From positions 10,908,587 through 10,972,586 of the forward strand of contig CM120648.1 of NCBI GenBank assembly GCA_051362555.1: DNA of 64,000 bases, read 5' to 3'. Both the position numbers and the translations under genes were made by a program. Source of the stretch: Lingula anatina (Eukaryota; Animalia; Brachiopoda). Below, in pieces: positions 13,372 through 27,600 of the stretch; the stretch's first letter is position 1, and every line of letters begins with the position of its first letter. Below the pieces are notes generated by a model. It saw only the letters and a program-made list of their open reading frames with translations. It searched no databases and was not told where the DNA came from.

Positions 13372-16300
13372 CACAGCCGCTCACCTCTCTCTCTACCTCT
13401 CTCTTACACACACAAACAAACACACAAATCTCTCTCTATCTCTCTCTCTCTGTCTGTTCCACTCACTTGGTCCAGATAGTATCTAGAACTCCTGCACTGG
13501 TTGGTAATCCCACTACAGAAGCAGGACAGACAGCCATCAGGATTACTAGGAGCCATGTAAAAGGTGCCTGGTTTACAGCGATCACAGTCCCGGCCCATAG
13601 CATTTTCCTGAAAAATTTGATTTCAAAGAATAAAATTGTCAACCTGTCCTCTCTATTTCTGTGTCTATTTATGAAATATACCCATTTTCCTACTGGGGGG
13701 GGGGGGTAATTAAAACTAAATGCAAATAAATAAGATTAAATAATCAAAATGACACATTAAGTCTATCCCTGTTGCAATACAATGCAAATTTGCTGTGTAA
13801 GTTAGCTAATTAATATCAGTATATTTGGTACTTTAATCCATTCAACTGTTTACCAAAGTATAACTTTCATTATTCATCTATGACTGTTTTTCTTTCTGTC
13901 TTATTTAATGCTTTTATTATACTTCTTTCCTTTTTTCTCTCTTTTTCTTATATCTCTCTTGTTAAAAAACTAACCCTGCAAGTGCACTGTTTAGTAACAG
14001 AATCACATCTCTCCATCATGCCTGGCATGGTACCACCTTGATCACATTGACACAGTGGGGCTGGGGGAGTGGCTGAAATAACAATGACAGTATTTACAAT
14101 ATCAGTTGTTACAGTTACAACATCATGCCTGGCATGGCACCATCTTGATCAAACAAACACAGAAGAAGGGGGTTGTGGCTGAAAAGATACTATATCAGTA
14201 TTTGCAATTATCAGTTGTCACAGTTACAATTTGCCTTAAATTCATCATCATTATTTACTTACTGATGGGTATGCAGCGGCTCCCAAGTTGGAGTGGGTTT
14301 CCAGTAAATCCAGAGGCACATCTTGAAATAAAGTTTAAAATACAATGTAACATAAAAGTAGAAAACTAATAGTAAGACACATCAAAATTATCTTCTTTAA
14401 TCATATCAAACCATTACATTTATATAAAACTAGACATACACTATATTTTTCAATACTCCTAATACTGTAACAGTCAAAGGTTGATTTTGTTTCTATTGTA
14501 TTGTATTGTATTGTATTGTATTGTATTGTAAATATACTGTGTATTTTATTATATATACACAAGCAATATAAAACATCAATTAAGCATGATAATATGGTGA
14601 AAATGAGTTATGTATTCCTATTACAGTTATGGTTAATTGCAAAATCTAATGGCCGTGTGATAACTGACCACGCACACTGACCTCTCACACCTCCTCCCTG
14701 TGTACCCAGTTGGACACTGTGTACAGGTCACCTGGTTGTCTGAGGACAGGACACATGTGGGGCTGAACCTGGGGAAATGACCAATATGATGATTACTGAT
14801 TTATTTAAAAAATCAATTATGTTTTTCTTGTAATGCCTGACAAAAATATGTGTTAATTACCCACAAACAAAAATTAATTACAATACTATAAATGGTGATT
14901 TGTTACTAAAAAAATACAAGAACGTTAATTTCACAATAATGTCACACTATACTAATTAATCATATTTCCAGATATCTATTTTCTTTAAAACAGACAATTT
15001 GAAAATTAAGGAACCTGAATCAGAATCCTTAGATTTCATATGTAGTAACTTCAAATGATCAATCTTGAGAAATTGAACAGGGTCAAAAGTGGGATGTTTC
15101 AAACTTTAGGGCAACAACAGAGCACTTCAAGATTGCGTTCCTATAACCTTATCATACTTGTAGGACTGATCTATTTCAGCATGGTTTCTCTTTAAGACGC
15201 AGTCAATGTAATCAGCTTAATTGCCTCTCACGCCCCCTCACAAAGCAACATGAACAATACCAGGGAACACAAAGTTTTCTTGACTTTACCCAAGTACTTT
15301 CAGTTATGAGGGGGTGTGCCAGACATTTAAGCCACTTAAACTGACAGCAATTAAGCATGAATCCTCGAGGAGATAGAACAATCCTCAAGGAGATAGATCG
15401 TACAACAAGGTGATGGGAATGCTCCCAATGAGTACATCTATCATGATATCTGACAAAACCTACTGGTTGGGCGATCTGGTGAGAGGACAGGGGCATGGCT
15501 GACAGTCTGACGGTGTTCCTCTCGTGGCATCTCCATAGTAACCTGGAGCACAGCGCTCACACTGGTCTCCAACAGTGTTGTGCTGACAAGCCTGAGAGAG
15601 AGAAATCATTATCCCAGATCATATTGGGGTGATGACAATATAATTCAATCCAGGTTTATGTGAAAAAGAAAACCATCTCTCAGCCAATGTTACAAAAACA
15701 CACAAAATATACAAACAATGTCTATGCCAAATACTATGCACGCAATATCTGGAAGTTTGTGTTGCAGATTTTGGTAATAGAATTTTCATGATATATCTAT
15801 AACTTTACCATACTGTAACTGTACTATTACTATATAGTAAATTAATTCTATCTGTATTTTTCATGTATTGTTACTGTGCTATCATAATCGTATTTCTGTT
15901 TGCATTGTCACTGGTGTAACTAACTCATTGTTGTTTAGTTACTGTAAAGTTACTGTATTATAAAGTTATTGTATTATTGTATTGATATTGTATTGTTACT
16001 GTGTTGTATTACCCTGCAAACTCCATTCTCTGGGTCACAATCATTGGAATGTCCATTACATTGACATGGTTCACATAGACCAAGGTACAGACCACCTCTG
16101 GTTCTAGTATAGCCCTGGGCACAGTCCTAGAACATAAGATGATAAAATTGTTTGCACAGTCCTAGAACATAAGATGATAAAATTGTTTACACAGTCCTAG
16201 AACACAAGATGATGTAGTTTACCATGAATTAAAAGTTAAAACATAATTTGAAGAAGGCAAAAAGTGTCTGCATGTGTGCGAGACTTGAGTCTTATGAGAC

Positions 16301-19300
16301 TTTGGCTAAGTGTGTATCCCCCCTTCTCTTTATCTTCTGGGTTCTCCAATTAATACATTCAATTACAGTCACATTTCACTCTTTTGGTCTGAATTATCTT
16401 ATATAAAGATTATCACATGATGCAGTCCTTCTTCCCTATGTTAGGAGATGGAGCCAGTGTACATCTTCTTCCAGCATGTGATTGACTGAGATTCTTACCT
16501 CACATAGACAACTCACAAGACAAGCCCTTGTACCCTCTAGGACAGGTGCTACCCATTCTAACATTTGATTGGCTGAAATTCTTACCTCACAAGACAAGCC
16601 CTTGTACCCTCTAGGACAGGTGCTACCAATTCTAACACTTGCTTGGCTGAAATTCTTACCTCACAAGACAAGCCCTTGTACCCTCTAGGACAGGTGCTAC
16701 CAATTCTAACATTTGACTGATTGAAATTCTTACCTCACAAGACAAGCCCTTGTACCCTCTAGGACAGGTGCTACCAATTCTAACATTTGATTGGCTGAAA
16801 TTCTTACCTCACAAGACAAGCCCTTGTACCCTCTAGGACAGGTGCACATCTCCACAGCTAGAGCTCTGTCCTGGCCAGTATTACGATCCTCTGCTATATC
16901 CATGGAGATATCCAGCAGCCTGGAAAATATTGGGAATTAGTAATAATACAATACTGATAAAACATTTATACAGCATGGGTATATATGAGGTTTGTTCAAG
17001 AATTTCCATGGTCTTTGAAGGCGCTTTAATGCCAAACTCTGGATATATTTAGTATTGCATTGTTAGTCACTCCTTTCTAAGTTTAACAGGCAAGTAAAAT
17101 ATATGAGCTGTCACATAGAGTTACTAAGAGTTTTGTCAATCAACTGCAACTAAGAGAGTAATCATTTTCTATCATTTTGGTACCTGTCAACTTCATTTTC
17201 TTGAAAATTCCTGTACAAAATTTCATATATACTCTTTTTTTATATAAAAGTTCATCAAATTCACAAGATCACTTATAAAATTGCATGTAAATACGCAGTT
17301 TATTTGCAGATAAAACTGTCACCTGGTTTCCTGAGTTCTCCCAGTGTACGAGGCCTTAATGAGGATAGCAGACAGATCAGACAGGGCCATCATGATGAAC
17401 TCTCTGCTGGCTGGGGAACCATCAGGACGTTGCCAGAATTGCTGCAATCGGAACAATATGGTTACAACTCTTAAAATGTTGTGACATTCTAAACCCCAAT
17501 TTTATCGAAACTGATAGGCCAAATTACAAGGAATATCATGTTTAATCATGCAACAACATCAGAAGTCAGTACCTAACTGAAAGAAAAATTCTAATCTGTG
17601 TAACAACATCAGAAGTCTAAACCTAACCAAAAGAAAAATACTTATCTTAACTGGTTAAATTGTGACAAATTATCTGGCTTCCAAAATAGTAATTTTTCAC
17701 AAAATAAATATGCCCTTAGAAAACAATTCATAAAGAAGTAAATCCTCTCTGCTGAACTTTGACCGCATTACAGTCTTCCTATGAAAACTTACCTCATAGA
17801 AAGGCACTTGGAAGGACTGCTTGGTTCCAGACAACATGACATCACTGTGTCTGTATGTCAGTGTGATGTCATTACCCTGAAATGAATTAATGTGATGTCA
17901 TTTATCTGTGTTGTCATATCCCTTACTCAATTTTCTGTGATGTCATTACCTTGAAATAAATAAATATAATGTCACAGTCCTAAAACAAATGTATGATGTC
18001 ATTATCTTGCATATAAATGGATGATGTCCTATTCCTTAAACTTATTCAAATAATGTATGGTGTCATGTTTTCAAACAGACATGTGTGATGTCATTTCCCT
18101 GAAAATAATACATTTTTAACATGTCCAGTGTGTAAGCAAGATAGACCAATTCTGTCTCTCCTGGCATTAGTAAAATTGAAGCCCTATCACTTACCACAAT
18201 GATGACATCAGGCTCAGTGGTGGGAGCATCTCCAAGGTCAGAGAAAGAGATGGTGAACCTTAGGTTACCACCATAGGCTGTCACCTAGAATTATAATTTT
18301 TGTATGCATTATCATTTTTTTATCCTTGTAGCATCTAATATTAAGGAACAGTGAAGTTGTTTCGATGGCATTTTCACTGCGTGAGAGTTGTTGTTACTTT
18401 TATGTTAGAGTTATTGAGACCATGGCAGTAATACAAAAGCCAAATGTTGCTTTCATTAATAAGTCATATTAAGCTTTCAAAGAAAAGCTTATAAAACTTT
18501 GTGTGCCACATACAAGGCTTGTAACCTCCATGAAGGAGACATATTGAAGTAAAATTAGCCACATTTTTGAATAAGTTAAAAAACAGAGACTCAATACTGA
18601 ACATGCATTGCCTATTACTTAATAGTATACAAAAGTTTTCATATCTAACCCATATAACCCACTATTTCAAATGCATACAATATCAATATATATCATATAA
18701 CCATATAACCCTTTATATAACATACATATAGCACCACATAAAACCAGTCTAACTCACCCTGTCCCCAAGGAATTTCTGTGGCAGAGACCAGTAGTAAGTG
18801 TCCTGAGGCAGGCTGAGCAGGTTCCTGTAAACCAGTGACCGACTGGCAGTGTCCACTACCATCCCCTGGTCATACTGCTGGTCATTCCTCTCAGTGGTCA
18901 GTTTGAAACCTTGGGTGTCAAAGGTGGAAAATACTGCACTGATCTGGAAAATAACACAATCGGGAACATTCAATTCCATTTGAAATGCCTTTCTTACACA
19001 ACACATATCTAAAATTGTAGTTCATGTATAATAAGCAAAATTATTACAGAGAAAATTTGTTCTACTTCAGTTTCAGCCACATCTTTCTTGTTATAATACA
19101 AGAGAAATGTTTTTTTTTTAATGAGTTTAGTAATGATTCAGTAGACTTAACATTTTGTCCAATAGTTTAAACCAATTTTTGGTCTCAAATCTAATTATGA
19201 AACCATCTCAAGGATCGAAACAGTGACCAAAAATTGAACAAATTCTACAAAGTCCAATGGCCTGGCCACAATTCAACTGACTAGTATTAAAAAAACCAGT

Positions 19301-22300
19301 ATTACTGTTCTAGACCAACGTGTGATACCAACCTGGGCACGATTCCATGTTGTACTGTCACACACTCTGGTGACGGCACTACAGAAGCAGGATATACAAC
19401 CGTATGGATTGTTCTCTGATAGGAAAAACGTGTTGGCTTTGCACCTGTCACAGTATGGACCCTCTGTATTCTCCTGAATGATTGAAAATATAAGCCAAAA
19501 AGGATCGTTTGCCATTCATAACAAAGTTCAACAAGGGAAGACCAATCTATATTATAAAGCTTTTAATTGTATTTTTATATCATTTATATCATCATTCAAA
19601 TTCTTACATCATGGGACAGATGTTTTGTTGTGGTTTCACCTTCTTTGTGTGACAGGTCAAACAGACCATTTGATTCTATGTGCAGTTTCAATGCTTTAAC
19701 TAGCCCACAAACTTATACCAATGCCAAGTTTGCATCATGGTGTATTACTTGTTAAAGGAAAGAATAAAAACACTAAAATAATGGTGTACGCAGATTGCCT
19801 TGTGCACCAACATGACGCAATTATTGTTATTTAACCAACCACCGAACAAGATAACCTACCAGAGACCTGACACAAACACCCACCTTACACAAACATTGTC
19901 CTCGTCCATCTGGTTGTGGTAAGCGACTGCCAGCTGCATTACATGTCACTTAAGTAGAAAATATAAATAAATACATAAATAAATAAAAACAAGCAGCTTT
20001 TCAAAAAAAAATTATCTCATATTCATGAATCTTAAATTTTACAATTTTAAAGAAACCTTGGATTTTTTACTTTTAATTACTGTTTATTACAATTAAGTTA
20101 GTTTAGCTCTTATTTATATAAAATATATCTTAACCGTTTTTATCTATAAACTTCTTTATGTTGTACAGTCTATTGAACATTTTATGGATTTTAGACTTGA
20201 AATAAATATATTATTATTATTATAAATAAATATATTATTATATTATTATTATTATAAAAATGGAGAAAATAGTGCAAAACTTAGTGAAAGGTAAGCACTA
20301 AACAAGTTTGTTAACTTTTACAATACATTGAATGGTTCATGGACATTTACCTTTTTTTAAATTATAAATAATATTTTCTATATATAGAGTGAAATAATTA
20401 ACAGTCTTTAAATTATTAATAGTTAACAACATGACATGTTCCAATACCAGATTCTGTCACCTAGAGTGTACCTACCAGTAATTGCGACACAGCGACTTCC
20501 TCTGCGTTGGTAGCCTGGGGCACAGTTACGGCACAATCTGCCCTCGTATCCCGTGGGGCAGCTGCGACATCTCACCTGCCCATCTCCTTCTACGTAACAT
20601 TCTCTGGAATTGCTGAAACAGACAAGAAAAAAACTTATAAAGCAAGCTCTATAGAAATTGATTCACAACTGCCAAAACAGATCTGATCTAACTTCTTCTA
20701 GCACTGCTAACATGTGAAAATGTAGCAAACAAAAGACCCTAGCCCTTCCCTAAAGTTGCTTCAAAGTGCTACATGTAAATGCTTCACTCAATGTCTTTAA
20801 TAAGAGAAGCTTAAACCAAGAAGCACACCTGGTCACATAATAGCTTCAAGTAAATCAGAGTCATAAACAACTTGACAGCAAATAAGGGGTCAATGGGCAG
20901 TTAACAGTCTGGATGAAACATACAGCAAATCAAGGGCACTAATTAGTACTATTTCCCCCTCAATTATCCTAAAAATAGGTCCTTTACACCAGTACCTGAT
21001 TATGACCATAAACTGTCCTTGAGGGTCACTGACAGTTAACCTGGCTATTAAAGGCTGTCAACCTAGGCCTACTTTTATCTCCATTTAATCAATAAATAGA
21101 ACTATGTGGTCTATTTTTTCCATTTACAAAAACGAAAAAAAAAAAAAAGAAAAAAAAAACAGTCAAGAGACACAAAAGTAAATGTTGTTTGTTACAGTAC
21201 TACTCATCATTATTATCATTTTTCTTTTTTCTTAACTTAAAATGACTCTCCAAATACCATGGCTCTTTATTTTTAATAGAATGGTCCAGAATAGACTCAC
21301 TATTAAATTCTCTCACCTTTAACTTTCACTACAAAGTACAAATAGTGATTATACTTACGGGTTTCTGGGGTCAGTCAGTGGACAAGGACACACCAAGCAG
21401 TCCCCAGGTGTCCCTCTCCTAGCATCTCCATAGAAACCAGGCTTACACCTCTCACAGTTGTTTCCTTCTGTGTTGTGTAGACAGTTCTGGTGAGAAAATA
21501 TATTGTAGAAGTAATTTTTGAGTTTGTTATTAATATTATAATATCAAAATTCTGCATGGAAGTTGCTCTATATTAATCTTGAATCCTAATGGAGAAAAGA
21601 TACACAGAAATTGAAAACATTCCTATTAAACTGACTTGAACTGTTAATATCAAGATTATTTCAAAATAATCTCTCCGATAATGACGGAGGCAAGTAAACA
21701 GTATTCTAAGAATTACAGGACACATATACTTACAATACAGACTCCCCTGTCAGAGTCACACTGGTTGGAGTGGCCATTACAGTTACATCCCACACACTGG
21801 CCCAGGTAACGGTTCCCTGATGGCATACGGCGGAAACCTTGGGCACATTGCTGAAATAACATCAGCACATCACTTTGGATAGCGTGGAAAATTCCGGGGA
21901 TGGAAAAATTTTATGAACTAACACAAGTGTAACCTTTTTTTAAGTATTGACTACAGTCTTTGCTAAAAAAAATGAATGTACTGGCCCTGCAAGGCACATC
22001 AAACGCACCAAAGCAAAATAGTTACCAGTAAGTAAACAAACTGACAAAATTTCTTGACCAAGCAATAATTTTCCTGTCAAATGACCTATGGTTGAGGCAC
22101 CATACTCTAATTCAGACAATTCATTTGTAATTTCTCAAAACAATTTCATTACACAAAACATTTACAAGATATTTATTTATTCCAAACCAAATATCTGTCA
22201 TTTTGTTATTAATAAGAGGAAGGGCCAAGCAGGCTTATATTACACCAATCACATCATTTATACATTTTATACATCGTTTATACACATAATTTCCTACAAT

Positions 22301-24569
22301 ATACTAATTAAGAGAAATAAAGTGGGATCAAAAATGTCTTTTCTGGTCGTACCTCACAGGAAGTCCCAGTATACCCAGTTGGACAGGCGCACTCTTCCAC
22401 CAAGAAGGCGCGGCCACGTCCAGTATCAGTGGTCACTGCAGTGTCCAGGAACACACTGCCCAGTCTGGAGGAAGAAAAGAAATTTGATTAAAAACTCGTA
22501 TTCTTACAGAAACTTGTCAAGTAATTCTTTTTCATTAACAAGGGAATGTTCTAACATCATTGCTTAAATTTTCACTTCATATCATTTCATGGTGTTAATT
22601 TTTATTTTTTGTGTCATTATATGTTATGAATAACAAATAAATTAGTTATTATCATTCATTTTACCATGACAGCTAACAACTGGACCAAAATTTCTGCCAC
22701 AGACACCAACAAAAACATAATTTTCATATACTGACCTGACTTCAGTCTGGAAGGTGTCATAGCTGCCCCTTATCATCATATACTCCAGGTTCTGAAGCAC
22801 TGTCATGATGTCTGCCCTAGAGGCAGGAGAAGGAACCGTCTGGTCACCACGACGAGGGGTTTCAGAAGTTGTCCATGCACTCTGGAAAAGAGGTCGTTAC
22901 ATTTAATTTTAATATTTCGTGAATCAAGTTTTTCTGCTACAATCAGATGTTGAATACTGTATACTACTGTGATGGCTGCAAAAACTGTCCTTATGATTTT
23001 TTTTTACTGCTGAAATGAAAAGTTCTATTGGCATGTTAGTTTGTCTACCCTCTTTATATCATTCAATTATCACATCCCAACAGACTTTTTCCTTCAGATG
23101 GTATACATATACAATGAGCTCTGCGATACTGAGCATAGCTTTTTAATGCACTTAAAAATCTCATTGTAATACTTTAAACCATTATCAACCACATTTAATC
23201 AAATGAGAAAATGTATGCTCTTTTTCCTTTAAATTTAAATGTCATTCAATGAGAGACCCTTACCTCCACAAGGGGGACACTGATGCTCTCTGTCAAGCCT
23301 GGCCTTGGCTGCGTCTGCCTCCTGTGATACAGTGTTATTCCATTACCCTATAAAAATCACAGTTCAACATAAATCAATCTTGGAGAATACAAAGTGTCAA
23401 TGTCAAGGTCAATGCGAATGTCAAGGACACATGCAACATGGATTTACATGTCTTTGGTGCTTGCATGAATATCAAAGACAACACCTAATCCTGTAAAAAG
23501 TAATAATATGGAAAAAATAGTACCATTTGACTAATTCATTAAATAACTGTATGTTAATGAATACTATTTGCTAATTATAAATTTTAAATTTCAACATTGA
23601 TCATTAAATACCAAACATGGCAACTGTGAAGAAACAAGTACAGGAAGTAGCGCCATCTACCTTCATGATAACATCAGCAGTGGCCAGTCTATTCTGAGTG
23701 CCTGTAGGAGTCTGGTACTGGACTGTGTACTGCAAGTTACCACCATAACTTGTGATCTGAGAAAAAATAAATCATAATTTTGAATATTAAGCTCAGCAAT
23801 TTTCGCAACATTCTTTTGCATACAAAAGAGGAAAGAAACCAAAAGTAAAAGGAGTCCAACAGTATAAATCAAATCAAATTAAAAGCTATTGACATAAACA
23901 CATAATCAAGAGCAATTCTGCTCTATATCACTATAATCATCTCTCTGATAGTGACTGATGAAAAGGTTTTCAAGTGAACTTCTAAATCTTTGAAGCTGTG
24001 TAATTGGATCGCCAGTATACCAGGGGCTGATTGAGGCCATCTTCAGGGTCTTTCAGAAGACAGTCAGATTTTCAAGTTTACGTTGATGGGTACCTAATTT
24101 TTTTCTGTCGGGAGACAGTCACAAATGGAGGATGGATCAACAAAGATAATTTGAAAGACTGTCAGAAAAGATCTCTGAATCTGAGCACTACCATTATATG
24201 ACTTTATCTTACCCTATTCCCTAAGAACTGTCTGGGCATGTCAAAATAATACAACCCTGATGAGGGTCGCACTCTCCTGTTGAAGTCCTGAATCACAAAC
24301 TCTCTCTGTGTGGGTAGGTACTGGACCAGGTTATTGGGCTGTGGGGCTCTGGTGTCTTTACTGACTAGCTCTATTGTGTTACCCATGAATAGCTGAAAAA
24401 TGAATAGAAAATCATTAAGAAAATGTACATTGTGTCATCAAGTTATAACCAGAACTGTGAAAAGGTTTCTGAGCAATTGAATTTTGCCTTTGCAACAGCT
24501 ATTTTTAATTTACACTGACATATTTTTTAAAATCTCAGAATTTCATTTATGTATTTTATATTATTATTA

Positions 24570-24612
<43 letters not shown>

Positions 24613-27600
24613 TTTTTTGGGGGGGAATACAAATTTGCAGTTTTGAAAAAAACTGTGAATGGTGCTTTTGGGATGCTGCTTGCAAAAAGTCACACCAATA
24701 TATACTCCTTATATTTTAAATTAACTTTTAAAATTATTACAATTATTTTGTATTATTGCCATGAATGCTGGAACAGAAAAATCCATAATCAACAAACATA
24801 CCTGTGACAGGTGTAGATTACTACTTGTGCACTGGTCGGTAATACCAAAACAGAAGCACCGGATGCAGTCCCTGACGTTCTTGGCATCAGAGTTGAAAAA
24901 TGGTGCAGAGCATAGTGGCGGGGAGGCTGAAATGGAACCAATTGTTAATATGGAAGCAACTGAATGACTTTGGATTTAATTGGAAAATATACATCTTCTC
25001 TCTCAAAACTTCATACTTTTTAGAATTGTGTTTTGGGTTGATAATAACATTTATATTTTAACTGGTAACTGCTTTTTTCTGTTATTCTAATGAAAACGAA
25101 GTTTCTTTCCTATTATAATTTTTTAACCTTTTCTTTTAAAGCTTTTATGAATTCAACACATAGAAAAATAATCATCAAACTGTTTTTTCAAAATTACACA
25201 TACCATGACCATTTGACCAGGCATTAATACACTAACTTTTCCTTTACTACTTACGTTTCACAACCACAATGGCGTCAGGCTGAGCAAAAATACTGCCTTT
25301 GTTATTCAGAGCTTCACAGGTGTAAGCACCAGCATCAGTCTCAATAGCGTTACGAATAACCAGAACACCGCGACCGTTTTCAGAGGTCTGCGTCGCTCTT
25401 GGTGGTTTGGGGACATGCCCCCAGTTGAGACGCCATGTTATGAGGGGGACAGGGACACCAATGGCGGTACAAGTAATGGTGATGGTTTCCCCAATGTTCA
25501 CCATGATCATGGGTCGTGGGGGGATGGTGACAGTGGGAGAGGCTGCAAAGAAAGGGATCAGAGTTTCAGTAATTTCTCACAAAATTTAAATTCAATTTCA
25601 ACAAATTAATAATCATTTATATTTTTTAAGTGCACAAGAATGCTTATAGTAATATCTGCACAAAATTTCAATAAAATTTCAAATTTCATCATTTCTATTT
25701 CTAAAGTGCACAAAAATGCTGATTATAGTAATTATTTGAAAATATTATTTCAATTTCAGAACAAAGCAGGTTGGCTTCATGTCTGGGTGTATGTTTTTGT
25801 GAGCTAGAAGCAAATAAAAAACATAAATCTTGGAAAAATGGAATATCGGAAATGGAGAGTGTTTAAATTTTGTGAGTAATTACTGTTGACAGAAATAACA
25901 TTTTCATACCTGGAGAGAAAATACATGCAAAGACATTATTTGCAAGAGCTAGAGCATTTCTTAAAATTTGTTAAATATAATATTCTTGTTTAAAATGCAA
26001 AAGAGAAATCACAAATCCATCTCATTAGAGAAATTATAAAAAGAATATGTATTGTGTTTTTCATTAAATGTTAGCAAGATTTAATTTAGAAGAAAAGTTG
26101 GAATGAGACACACTTAAACAGAGAGAAAGTCATTTCAATTGTCATCAGATGCATTCCTGAAACACAAACAAAATGACAGGGGGCACAGTTCCTGCAAGGC
26201 AAGACAATGTTATAAAAACAAGTAAATAACAATACGCTCTCTGCTTAAAACTAGTTAATCAATCAATTAATAAAATTTAGCACAAGAACATCATTCAGAG
26301 AGAGAGAGTTATAAATTTTCAGTTCACATACTAAAGTTGTTTTTTTTTCTGAGAGCACTTCTACCTCAAAGTAGAAATCAAGTATCAAGTAAATAAATGG
26401 ATAATAAATGAATCTCCACTCAATTGCAACAAAATGCAGATTTCGCAACACAGAAGAGCAGCATCAGAAATGTAACTCAAAAACTCAAGGTACTCATAGC
26501 TTAGGGAGCGTCCCCATAAACCCAATGTACTAGCTGGATCAATGCAACTCCCCAAGGATTTTCGCTAAATTGATTTCAATGTCAGCGGCTTAAATGTCTC
26601 GCACACCTAATCAAGCTGCTAGAGGAAAATTAATTATTGTTATTTATAATCCCCTAGTTACTCAAGGGGGCATGCCAGACAATTAAGCTGATTATGCTGA
26701 AAACACTTTAAGGAAAAGACCCACAGAGTTAGATAGATCCAGCTAGAATGACAGGTTTATGGGAATACAGTCTTAGATACTGTACTCAGGCATCCATACA
26801 TAGATTTTTTTTCTTACACTCACAGGGATAATTTCAGAAAAATTTCCTGTTTAGGTAAGTAACTATACAGTTGAAGGAAAATATCAATCCCAAGTCTGAA
26901 ATATTGCATATTTTCCCACATACTTACTGCAGCCAATTTCATCGGAGCTGTCCTGGCAGTCAAATTCTCCATCGCATTGGTAACTCTGTGGGATACACTG
27001 GTTGCCGTCTACACATCGATACTCGTCTGCACGGCATGGGGCACCAGGGGGCGCAGTTGCTGCAAGACAAGATAAAGAGATGTGTGTAAGGTTACCTCTG
27101 TTCTTTTTTCCTTTCAAACTTTTTTTGCAAGCATATTGGTTTTTGACAATAAAGGGCACGTTTGATATACATTAATTGTGCCAATGGTGAATGCTTTTGT
27201 ATATATATCTGGACTTTGTGTAGTAGACGGGCACATGGTATAGCTAAAAGACCTGCCTAACACTTGTGTTTGTGAATGTCAATCAAATATTGCGTAAGTT
27301 ACAACAAGTGAGCATGTAAGGAAATTATAAAATGAAGGAAGCTCGCCACATCACCATTTTGCCACCAAGTGTTGTTGAATACTTACGACAATTCTGTTCA
27401 TCAGAGCCATCGCCACAGTCGTTGTCACCATCACATATCCAGATCTTGAGGATACACTTGCCATTTCTGCACTGTCTCTCATTGGGTTCACAGGGGATAT
27501 TCACTGTAATGGTAATTGCACAATGATGATAAAACAAAGTGCTTTCTTTATGTCTTCAAAAACTAAATATTTTTTACATTTTTATGAAATCTAAATCAGG

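Noticed and set aside
16478-16845. CRISPR-like appearance of the regular repeat
   Set aside because: Whole 74-bp units repeat with no unique spacers; it is a copy of an exon/intron junction in a eukaryotic gene and there are no cas genes
22088-22567. 159-aa plus-strand ORF
   Set aside because: AT-rich intron sequence plus the antisense of a perlecan exon; no recognisable domain
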